Positions 12,455-23,362 of a stretch of 64,000 bases of DNA are shown piece after piece. A program made the position numbers and the translations under genes. The stretch covers positions 199,665,764 through 199,729,763 of the forward strand of contig NC_052147.1 of the NCBI RefSeq assembly GCF_902713615.1. The letters run 5' to 3'. Below the pieces are notes generated by a model. It ran no database searches, was not told where the DNA came from, and was given only the letters and a program-made list of their open reading frames with translations. The DNA is from Scyliorhinus canicula. Taxonomy: Eukaryota. Each line of letters opens with the position of its first letter. Positions within the stretch are counted from its first letter, which is position 1.

Positions 12455-14743
12455 TGCGCAGCAACTGGCGCTGGCTTCACAGTCATTGCAACCCCTTCCC
12501 GATGTTTAAAACGATTTAATTTTTCCTGAATTAATTCATTGTGATTGACTACAGGAGCTGCTGTGCATTGGAAATAGAAAACATGAAGATGTTTTCCAAA
12601 GCAGTGCTCTTATGATTTACTTAACTGAGATTTATTCCTGATACCTTGCACAATATGCAGCTTGCAGGATCAGTAAATTATACGTATAGCATACATTAGA
12701 TACTCTTTGAACCGATTTTTTATCCTGCATGTTTCATATTTCAAAGTTCTGGATATCTTTTGCAAAATGACAATTTCAAACTGGCACGGAATCTTGATTT
12801 TTTTCTCTCAAATGCACAGTGGTGACACATGTTTGCATTTTCGGACGTGGTGGCGAAGACTTTGGGCAGTAACCTGTTTAGCATCAACATGTGTCGTTCA
12901 GGGTAATATATATAGGTTGCAGATAGAAAACCACGCTATATTCATGAATCTGCATACAAGTGTGTAATAGATTGCAAAGATTGTTCATTTTCTTCTAACC
13001 AACTCATAAGACGACCACATATGCATTCATTTCCGCTCAAATGTTATATATGTTAAATCGCCAAAATCTCGAGCAACATCGGATCGATGTTTATTTTTCG
13101 CTCCGATACTCGATCTGTAAAACAACAAAATTGCTATTTTTTTCAATACTTTCCTTACATTTAGTTATGTGTGTGGAGGTGTGGAGGTTGCAGATGTCAG
13201 ATATTTAATTTTGATGCACATGTGATATTCTCTATTTTATATCACCCCGTTGCCTTTTTCAGCACATCATTTTCACATCTTGGGATTAATTTGGTTTTCA
13301 ACATCAAATGCGCTAAATCATTCCAAATTGTGAACTATCGAATCACTTATTTGTGTCAAACATATAAAGATATGATATCGGGGAAGGCCGCGTACTCTAA
13401 ACTTTGGAAATGCCGCAGGTTTTCTGTTTTGGTTGTGTGAAATTTGTAAATGATGGAATTGGTGGGAAGGTTCCTGTATAATGCATAATGTATGTCTGGA
13501 TTCACCCCATTGCTACCAAGGGTCGTATGATAGAAACGTAAATATTAGGCAATATAGCCGCTGCTGGAACTAGGGCACATTTTAATTACTACAATCCATT
13601 TTCACAATAGGACGATTTGTTGAAAAATATTGATATTTCCCACTGAAACGCATTTCCAATTCATACATTCTCAAAGTTGTCAAAATCGCACAAATTAAAT
13701 GATACTTTGCAACCTACCTTACAATAAGCGGCTGATGATGCGCGCCAAAGATATTGCCTTATTTTTTTGTGGTTCGTTAAAACGAAGACATCTCATTCTG
13801 GGAAGATATTTGCTGCAACTGCTGTACTGCAGTTGGCTATGACAGCAGCGGCCTCGGGGACATTTCACGAATGTTGAACGGATAATGGGGAGAGTTTGGA
13901 TATCTGTGATTGGGTTTTCAGTGAGGAATATCATTGCAAACTGAGCGTTCATCTTACTCTTCCACCGCACATATTTCCCAGTCTTCCTCAAAGCTGCAGA
14001 GCCGACACACAAGAAAATTCGATAACGAGGTTGACATTGAAAGAAACTTATCAGAGCATTTCGACAGACAGTAATGGAAAATCTCCAAACAATTCGTCAA
14101 CGAGATTCTGTGCACGCAAAATAAGAATTACGGCATTTTCAAAGGAAGCATTTTCATTCTTGGCTTAACTAGTTCCCCTGAATGTCAAAGGGGGGAATGG
14201 AAACGTCAAAATGTGCGGTTATTTCACAGGGACAAAGCAGATTCTAGCTACAAGCGGCCGTGAGGTGCAGAAATTAATGAGCCCATGTTTTTTTTGCACT
14301 AAGTTACATTCATCCATTTTCTGCAAATCGTTTGCTTTATTTTCTTGAAAATGTGTTCTGCATTGACTTGATGCGCTTTGTTTCTAGTTAGTGAAGTCGT
14401 CCCACAGCTTTTTAAAAGAAACCCCCGAAGAACAAGGACTTCAAAACATCATAGACAATGCTGATCCTTCCTATTCCAGTATCTGATTTGAATAAGCACA
14501 GCGCGTTTATTGAAGAACATGCGGATGGTGTCTTTCGTCAGAAAAACGAATAGCAAGTGAACAGCTCCTATTTTCACCGGGAGGAAAAAGAAGCGTGCTA
14601 ACGATAAATTTCGGATGGCCACTTTTATTTAGAATTCCGGGAAAGCGCATGGTCGGATTTTGCTGTCTCAAGTTGGTCCCAGCATCAATGGCATGCAGAC
14701 AAAGAAATCCTTGCCGGAAGTAGATGAAGTCCAAGGTCAAGGT

Positions 14744-14795
14744 GGAGAGAGAGGGAGGGAGGGAGGGAAGGAAGGAAGGAGAGGAAAAAGAAAGA
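14744..14795 (+). repeat. Pure purine tract (GA/GGGA/GGAA)
   Basis: 52 consecutive purines including GAGAGAGAG and GGGAGGGAGGGAGGG. Confidence 0.9.
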
Positions 14796-15246
14796 TGGTA
14801 AACAGCGGTTGAAAAAATTCGAGAGCTCCGTAGGATTTATGGGAACATTTCAAAAGATTGAAGTTAGCTGTGAATTATAACATAGCTTTGCAAAATTGTG
14901 CGCTATTGCTAAATCATGGCAGGTCGATAATACCTGTGGTGCGATATAAAGTTAAACACCAATTTACATATAGCAGCGTATGTTAGATTTCTGACTCTAA
15001 GCCACTTGACAAATCAGACATCATCTGCACTAGAAAATGGAATAAGATTCGACAAGAGGCCAATGGCGAATTTTTGAGCGAAGCTAGGGATGTCCAATAG
15101 ATGTGACCTTGCCGCCTTCGCTTGCATCCCAGAATAAAACAAATGGAGCTAGCCAGTTGATGTAAATATTAACAATCCTCATGTTATTGTCAAAGGGTGA
15201 CAGTAAATATTGCATTTTGGATGTTGCTTCTTTTCAATGTTATTTA

Positions 15247-16546
15247 TTGTCCCGTGAGATCGTTTACTTCGTAGAATTGCAGCTTCAGGCCTCTTACATT
15301 TAAAAACGGAGGAATTTAGTGGAACGTTATGTTGATTCACGGCAGTTCCTGTCTCCCACCCCGCGAATTTCAAGATCAACTTTCCACTGTCGTTTTGTGA
15401 ATTCTGAGAACATTCCTGACTGGGGAATCTTCCTTCGATATAACATTTCCGTTATTCTGCTTTGATGATTACATTTGACATCCCTTCCCTTGCTGGCATC
15501 TATTTGCTTAATGTATTCAAACTGGCATTTGGGTTATTGAAAATAACATTTATTGTTTAAAACATTTGTAAACTGCTGTTCCGAAAGGTCTCTGGCTCAT
15601 CTAGCAATTCGTAACCTTGAAGCACTAAGAAAACATCCGGTTTAAGTTCGAAATTGACTATATAGTTTTATTTTTTATATACCTTGCCATTTAAAAGATA
15701 ATACTTGCCAGCAGCCGCTATGAATTATTAGTAAATCAATTTGCACAACCTGTTACATATTTTTCAAATTATACCGTTATTAGCAAACAAGATTTTTAAA
15801 ATCGTAATCACCGTTGGATTATTTGCAGTCTGAATTTGTAGAGTGCAAATACCACATAGCTATAATACATAGCTTCCAGTTAGAAAAACGCATTTATGCT
15901 GAGCATTTTGTGATCTGGTTTCATTCGTGTATTAATATCGCTCATTACATTTGATCTTGAAATTCGCTGAAAATTGCGGGGTGGGGGACAGGAATTGCAG
16001 TCAATCAACATAACGTTCCACTAAATTCTTCCGTTTTTAAATGCAAGAAGGCTAAAGCTGCAATTCTACGAAGTAAACCATCTCACAGGACAAAGATTAC
16101 GAATTGCTAGATGAGCCAGAGACTTTTCGGAATAGCAGTTTACAAATGTTTTAAACAATCAATGTTATTTTCAATAACCCAAATGTTTCAATACATTTCA
16201 GGTCGCGCGAAACAGACTACGTGGAAAACCACTCGATGAAACGAGCTGGAGGCATGATAACTTTGAAATTCATAACGCGGAAGTGTCTACTTATAGGGGT
16301 TTTCTCCAAAATTAGTTAACGACAATAGAATTTTTAAAAATTAGTTGATATAAGATATATCCAGCTATCAGTAAAGTGAGATTAACTATGTTACAGGTCA
16401 TATGAGTGCAGTTTGAAAGCACACCCTCGTAAACGTGCCTTTTTAGTCAAATGTAATGAGCGATATTAATACATGAATGAAACCAGATCACGCGCCACAA
16501 AATGCTCAGCATATATGCGTTTTTCTAACTGGAAGCTATATATTAT
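15247..16546. repeat. Three interleaved inverted repeat pairs
   Basis: 15247-15379 vs 15951-16093; 15510-15614 vs 16097-16197; 15862-15954 vs 16447-16546; each pair is reverse-complementary at roughly 90% or better by hand alignment. Confidence 0.9.
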
Positions 16547-17969
16547 CAAGTTCCTAACTGTCCAAGTACCAGCCATATTACTTAACATACGTATTTGAAA
16601 TTAAATCCTAGATAGTTGCTAAAACTAGATCGGAATTCACTTGTGATATTTTAGACTATACAGATAAATGACGTTGCATTTTAATGCACCTACATAAAAT
16701 GGATTTAATCTGTCCGCAGTAATCAGGGAACGGGATTTTTTTAATCTAACATTTCTCGCAACAATTAATCACTTGATGTTGCGAATGTGCCTCCTTCACC
16801 TTTTGCACCTATAATAATTCACTGCGTCGCAAGCCGCATAACAGCACATATGATCCCTAAGTGTCTGAGAGTGAACACATTAAAAATATTTCAACAGCTT
16901 CAAAGGTCTGCATATCTGAAGAGAAGATAACCATACTTAGAAATAAGACATTTGCTTCATTCAAAAGCAGTTGTCAAATGTTATTGAAATAGTGTGACGT
17001 TCCATTGAGCGATAAACATAACTGAATGCGGCACATTGACAGCTGGACTGAGAGTAGACACAAAGCAACAAGTTGTGTGAAATTTTATCATGTAAAAGAT
17101 ATTGCATTTTGAAAGAAAATGTTAGTTTCTGAAGCTAGCTCTTCGACAAGGTACCACCCAATCTATTTGGGGACTAATAGTAGACGTTCATTTTCCTATT
17201 GTCTGTCTTCTATGCCAACTGACTTTAACAGTAGCGGCCCAACCCCATACCGTTGAAGAAGAATTTCACTTGGAAGGCACACAATCGGTCAATGAGCGGG
17301 GAAAATAGTACACTGGTACAGCGTCCGGAATTCAAATTCATTTCCAATGCAAAATGTATGCCTCCGCTTGTCAAGTGGCATGTTACGGAAGTATGCTTTC
17401 ACAATGCATTCAAACCAATTTCAGAATTTTGTCAAGCACACTTTGCAGTCTGGAGAATGATGTAAAAGTGTTCAAGAGATTCTCACCCCAATGTCTTGTT
17501 CTACAAGGTTGATTTCTAAAATAAACTCGAATTCCAATTCTTTCGACCGCATGCAATTTTCGTTCCCCTGACTAATTACGCAGGTTTCTGAGTGCATAAC
17601 CACGTGCAACAACATGTTATAGGCCCGCGTGTCTGTTATATCTTTCAGTACTGATACTGCTACTTTCCCACGATCTGCAGTGCTCCTGAATAAAATTTTA
17701 CACAAATGTATTCACTCCTTTCCAAGTCTACCTCAGAGCAGAAGTCGAGAACAAGTGAAACATTGCTACCGGGCAGTGGGGAAAATGGACGGGGCAGGTG
17801 GAGACCTCTCTATGTCTTACTTTTAAAGTGACACATTTTAAAATTCCCATCTCCTCATCTATGATGGAAACAAAAGATGTAAACTTATCACGATGCAGTT
17901 ATCATTCTCACCAATGGTGCCGCTGTCTGCGCACCTGGCAAATGGCTCTGATTCCAAGACGGCACGTTT

Positions 17970-18942
17970 CATAGAATTTACAGTGCAGAAGGAGGCTATG
18001 TAGCTTCAAAGAAGGTTGGTTTACAAGTGCAACAGGTGATTAAGAAGGCAAATGGAATTTTGTCCTTCATTGCTAGAGGGATGGAGTTTAAGACTAGGGA
18101 GGTTATGTTGCAATTGTATAAGGTGTTAGTGCGGCCACGCCTGGAGTATTGTGTTCAGTTTTGGTCTCCTTACTTGAGAAAGGACGGACTGGCGCTGGAG
18201 GGTGTGCAGAGGAGATTCACTAGGTTAATCCCAGAGCTGAAGGGGTTGGATTATGAGGAGAGGTTGAGTAGACTGGGACTGTACTCGTTGGAATTTAGAA
18301 GGATGAGGGGGGATCTTATAGAAACATTTAAAATTATGAAGGGAATAGATAGGATAGATGCGGGCAGGTTGTTTCCACTGGCGGGTGACAGCAGAACTAG
18401 GGGGCATAGCCTCAAAATAAGGGGAAGTAGATTTAGAACTGAGTTTAGGAGGAACTTCTTCACCCAAAGGGTTGTGAATCTATGGAATTCCTTGCCCAGT
18501 GAAGCAGTTGAGGCTCCTTCATTACATGTTTTTAAGGTAAAGATAGATAGTTTTTTGAAGAATAAAGGGATTAAGGGTTATGGTGTTCGGGCCGGAAAGT
18601 GGAGCTGAGTCCACAAAAGATCAGCCATGATCTCATTGAATGGCGGAGCAGGCTCGAGGGGCCAGATGGCCTACTCCTGCTCCTAGTTCTTATGTTCTTA
18701 TGTTCTTATTCGGCCCATCGAGTCTGCATCGGCCTTTGGACACTAAGGGCAATTTAGATTAGCCAGTCCACCTAACCTGCACATCTTTGGACTGTGGGAG
18801 GAAAGCAGAGCACCCAGAGGAAACCCACGCAGACACGGGGAGAATGTGCAGACTCCGCACAGACAGTGACCCAAGCTGGGAATCGAACCTGGGACCCTGG
18901 CGCTGTGAAGCAACTGTGCTAACCACTATGCTACCGTGCAGC
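17970..18942 (-). mobile_element. HE1-like tRNA-derived shark SINE, interrupted by a CR1 fragment
   Basis: tRNA-like head (GCACGGTAGCATAGTGGTTAGCAC...GGTTCGATTCC on minus), same body as copies at 49547 and 62211; its tail is split at about 18000/18708. Confidence 0.85.
18001..18707 (+). mobile_element. 5'-truncated CR1-clade (HER1-like) LINE 3' end
   Basis: ORF 18027-18608 (LYKVLVRPRLEYCVQFWSPY, RRMRGDLIETFK, RNFFTQRVVNLWNSLP) is the CR1 ORF2 C-terminus; tail (TTCTTATG)n. Confidence 0.9.
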
Positions 18943-19217
18943 GAGTTTGCACTGGCCCTTTCTATTATAACGGTGGACATGGGGATTTATAATGGGAACG
19001 TTGACAGTAAGTGGACATAGACCTAAGCTTTTGAATTTATAGCATTACTCGTTATTTCACCGATGTCTGTCTGTAAGAGAAGTTCGACAGCAATTGTTGT
19101 ATCTCATTGATTATCATGCTGATTATATCTCAGAGGTGCTTGAAGAAAGTAAATCTTAAAGATTTCTGTTTCATGGGGGTCCTATATAGACTATAATTAG
19201 GTAGACTTAAAACAAGA

Positions 19218-19393
19218 AAGAAGTCTTGCAACACCAGGTTAAAGTCCAACAGGTTTGCTTCAAACACTAGCTTTCGGAGCACTGCTCCTTCCTCAGGAAA
19301 GCTAGTGTTTGAAACAAACCTGTTGGACTCTAACCTGGTGTTGTAAGACTTCTTACTGTGCTCACCCTAGTCCAACACCAGCATCTCCACATC
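19218..19393. mobile_element. Penelope-like element remnant forming a palindrome, with hammerhead core
   Basis: 57-bp inverted arms 19218-19274 / 19298-19354 (3 mismatches); minus strand of the spacer reads CTGAGGA-AGGAGCAGTGCTCC-GAAA-GCTAGTG. Confidence 0.7.
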
Positions 19394-19419
19394 ATTTAAA
19401 CAAGAAAATCCTGGTACTA

Positions 19420-19605
19420 TTCGAACAAAGCAAGTTGCTCTTTTGCTGCCCAGGCCATCATTCATCCAACAGGACCAAATGCACATTATCTGATCATTCA
19501 TTCGTTGGCTGCTTGTAGGAGATCGCTTTTCCCAAATTAGCTGTTGTTCTCCTACATACTAGTAATTGCAGATGATTTTTCTAAGATATAAATGCAAGCT
19601 TTTTA
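19420..19605 (+). mobile_element. Decayed Deu-domain SINE (SacSINE1-like)
   Basis: ATTATCTGATCATT...CAAATTAGCTG...TATAAATGCAAG resembles the Deu domain and 3' end; related copies at 39470 and 54180. Confidence 0.5.
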
Positions 19606-20256
19606 AATTCAAATGTCATATATACCAGTTTATTTTATAATCAGTCAAGTGCTTGAAAACTGGAATATTTGAAAAATATTGATTCGACTGACTCTAATTG
19701 TAAATCTCTAATTATAATAATTTTACTCTAATTACGATGCAAGTTGCTATAACTTCAAAACATTTATTTGGACATGTACAATAAATATCAGAATGCTGTG
19801 TTTGAAATTCACATCAGACCTTTGGGAATTTACGAGTTAAGAAATTTTGGCAGACAATCGCTCAAAATATATTTCGTCTTTAGAACTTCCCTAAACAATG
19901 GGAAACTCTACCCAGACACATTATGGCAATATGTTTTCAGTCCCTGCATTGGGAGAATCTAGTGGACCTCGAGTGATGGTATTTTTTTTGCCACCTGTGA
20001 CTTTTGCTTTTCGCTGTTTATATTGACGATGTACCAGAGACGGGACTTGGATTTGCGCTTTCGGCTTTGAGAAACACATCTCTGACATACGCCCTTTGCA
20101 ATTAGACGAGATCATCACTAAGCAGAAAATGGGTGCTGATGGGTCCGGAACTCGAAGTATTTTTCTTTTCTCCTTCAATCTTCAGTCCAAGTTCTCCAAC
20201 TGATCGCAATCAACTCTGAAGGAACAACTTGCTATGTTTCTGTCGCGCTTCGGGCG

Positions 20257-20381
20257 AGGGGGATCAGGGATGTGGGGGAAAAGCCGGAGTAGGCTATTCA
20301 GTTCGATGATCAGCCATGATCATAATGAATGGCAGAGCAGGCTGGAAGGGCCGAATGGCCTCCTCTGCTCCTGTTTTCTAA
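20257..20381 (+). mobile_element. CR1 LINE 3' tail fragment
   Basis: GATCAGCCATGATC...GAATGGC...GGGCCGAATGGCCT, similar to 18619-18683. Confidence 0.7.
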
Positions 20382-21648
20382 GTGTCTGTGTTTCTAATAA
20401 ATATATTGCTATTTTAACAGTTAAATGCATTGGGAGGAGAAATATACAGGGACGACTGGGAACAAATCAGAAATAAACAAACATTTCACTCAGAAGAAGA
20501 CCTCAGATCTCAATATATTGCACTTGAACACAATGGATCGGTTTGTCTGACCGATGTTCCAGTTACCTCGACAGCTAAACAAAGCATTCTGTTTCATTAT
20601 AACTCATTGCAGTATTCCAGGATTTTATTTAGGAATTACTTTATTCTTTTGAGCTCAATAATCCATAGCAAAGTCACAGCATTGCGCTCCCGTGATCCAC
20701 ACAATGAAACACGGGGTCAATTGTCCCATTCATTTTAGAAACTCTGTGCGCGGGTATCGGCAAATCAACATGGATATGTATAACTTCGAAACCCTGTAAC
20801 TTTTAAACTGCATAACTTTTCAATCTTGTAACACTTTACACTGCGCCCAAGAATAGAATAGCAAATACACAATAAGCCATTGAGGAAGTGGTCCAGACAG
20901 ATAGAAATCTGTTCTATTTCATCATCTAAATATTGCCATAAATGTTTTTCTGTTGATGCTTCACATCAGCACATTGTTGTCCCTAGCTAACACGCTTCGG
21001 CCTATTCCCAATTCATCCCAGCTCGGAGTTTTGGTTAAAGCACGTGAATTAATAGGTTTTTGGAACAAAAGCTAAGGAAAACTTTTTAAAGCAAATTTTA
21101 ATGCAGTGTTACAGAAGGAGAGCCTTCATAAAGTTGATATTTTCATTAAATATAACAATTATTTTGAACGATTATGTATATGCATTCCCAATCATTCCAA
21201 ACTTTAACTTTCTTTACTATTCATGAAACAGTCTCCTGGGAAATCTATATGATTGTTATCCTTATTTAAGCATTAAAGTTAACCTTTAGAAAAACATTTA
21301 TTATTATATAATCACTAGATTATATCATTATTACTCATTATTACAGTCATCATTTTAGAACACAAGACTAAACATTTCCTTAAAGAATCAATTTGGCCCA
21401 TTGTATAGGTATTTCTTGTTCGTCACCTTTAGTAGAATCAGCCCGTTTCATAAAGTAAATTCGATTTCACACTAATGTTAGATAAAGCTTTTTTCCTCTC
21501 ATGTTGCAGTGAACGAAAAACATTGAAATAAAGAACGCGTAATAATGGACGTGGATGTATATTTGAAGAGCGACGACTTTGCCATTACACATCTGAACAT
21601 TACAGAAACTCATAAATGCTATCTTCCTTTGAGAAAGGGTTTAGTATT

Positions 21649-21738
21649 TCACAGTCCGGAATAACCTGCCTTTACCGATTGTTGTACACGGAGAAGCTTT
21701 TTCTCTTTCTGTCGCTGGTTCTGAAACCATATTTTGAC
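21649..21738 (-). CDS. hoxd14: HoxD14 exon 3 (homeodomain helix 3 and C-terminus; not in ORF track)
   Basis: Acceptor TTTTTCAG|GTC; reads VKIWFQNQRQKEKKLLRVQQSVKAGYSGL*; WFQNQR plus a homeobox intron at codon 44/45 is diagnostic of vertebrate Hox14. Confidence 0.92.
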   Translation of the reverse strand, partial: VKIWFQNQRQKEKKLLRVQQSVKAGYSGL

Positions 21739-21896
21739 CTGAAAAACAGACAGGTGGTTTTAAAATGGCAGGTGGCCAACAATAAATCGTTGAATGTTCC
21801 AGGGGAAACTCTGCCTGCGCCCACCTGTTGACCGTTCAGAGAGGCAGCGGCCCGAGGCAGCTAGGACCCGTAGAAACTGGAAAGAGATTCTCTTAC

Positions 21897-22078
21897 CTGC
21901 CTTTCTGTTAAACCCAACTTGAACGAAATGTTTAATCGGACTTCAGGAGTGAGAAATCGATTATTTTCAAAAGCCATTTCCAGTTCAGTGATTTGCTGTT
22001 TGCTGTAAGGTATTCGTTTTTTCCTTTGTCTGTGTATTGGGTTCTGTGATGTCGACCATTGCGATGCAAATCCCAAAG
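21897..22078 (-). CDS. hoxd14: HoxD14 exon 2 (homeodomain residues 1-44)
   Basis: Acceptor TTTCTCCAG|CT; QRKKRIPYSKQQITELEMAFENNRFLTPEVRLNISFKLGLTERQ; donor CAG|GTAAGA phase 0. Confidence 0.92.
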
Positions 22079-22830
22079 CTGGAGAAACACACATACCCAC
22101 CAATATGTTGAATTACCACGAACGCAATGGCTAGCACCCACAACAACATATATATATATTTACTTAGTTATAACTTCTACTTGTATCCATGAACGGCATG
22201 TTAACAAAACGTGTAACGGATTCGTTCACCTTCGCTTATTTTAATTGATGCCAGTTAATTTATGATCAAATAATTTGCACTGTCCAGTGACGAGAATTAA
22301 TATCCAACATATTATTGACTGTTTACAAATGTAGGTCTCATTCTATTCTGCTCCCTTGTATGTTTGAATACAAAAGTCACTTTTTTCCGAAAGTAAATTA
22401 TTTCCAATTGAAGTGGATGTATTTGTGTAATATTCGGATATTTTATGATTTGATGTCTGAAATTTTTCATTGAAAATAAAAGTGAAGCGCTTGAATTAAG
22501 TTGGGCCAATATTAATTAGCCGTGTCTATTTCTTGTGCTGAATATACATCCTAAGAATTATAACCCGTCCTTAAGAAAAGCGAAATACATCCGCTTTCTT
22601 GAAGCTCACTGGACATAATTTTCTAAGATGGCAGGTGAAGATGAAATGCCCAATAATTCACAGTCAATGCAACATGTCCAGAGTCCAAAATAAAATGCAA
22701 ATTACCTGGGCTTTGCTAAAAGACACGGAACGACAATAATTTAAAAATATATCGCAATTCTTAACTTCTAACACGAATCTAACACGAAAAGCCAGGTATA
22801 CAGTCTGTGAGAATGTATTATCAAACTAAC

Positions 22831-23362
22831 CTAAATGCCTTGTGACACCAGCCATTGCAGTATTGCGTGCTGCTCCTGTAAACGGTGCTTCGCAGTACTG
22901 AGAATGACTAAAGGCAGGCATTCTCTGATTGCTGGGATCTGTCTGGGTCTGGGCAGGTACAGCCCGGGGATATTCTAAAGGGCAATGTTGATAAATTGGA
23001 CAGTTTGTAGGGTATTCACTTCTGGTGCACAGGTTGTGCCGATAGCTAGTAAACGAAGATATATGACTGTCATTTCCAAACTGGTTTGTAGGGTATTGCC
23101 CGACCGCAGGTGACATCGCAACTGTCTCCCGAGCTGCGCTTCCGAGCGATCCACAAGTCGAAATGTCTTCCGAGTAAAAACCGTGGCATTTTCCACTTGA
23201 TAAGGGTTTCAAAGGCGAAGGAGCCATAGCCGAAGACATTCCAAAGTTAGGGGAAATTAGTACTGGTACCATTTCCGTAGGCCGCACTTCATCTTGCCGT
23301 ATTCCGGTTTCATCGCTAGATGTCTCTAACGTCAGTTTGTACTGCAGGGAGGTCGCATCCAT
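22831..23362 (-). CDS. hoxd14: HoxD14 exon 1
   Basis: Open 177-codon ORF from ATG 23362 ending at donor G|GTTAGT (phase 1), in frame with the homeobox exon; TATA-like TTATAT at about 23408-23413 on the minus strand. Confidence 0.82.

Noticed and set aside
18027-18608. 193-aa ORF as a possible novel gene in the Hox cluster
   Set aside because: It is the CR1 ORF2 C-terminus, 5'-truncated, with no true ATG start.
18860-18942. tRNA-like sequences (also 49547, 58136, 58636, 62211)
   Set aside because: SINE heads with A/B boxes, not complete tRNA genes.
15247-19354. CRISPR-like or prokaryotic repeat system
   Set aside because: Repeats are inverted, non-periodic and in a vertebrate context; no spacer array or cas genes.
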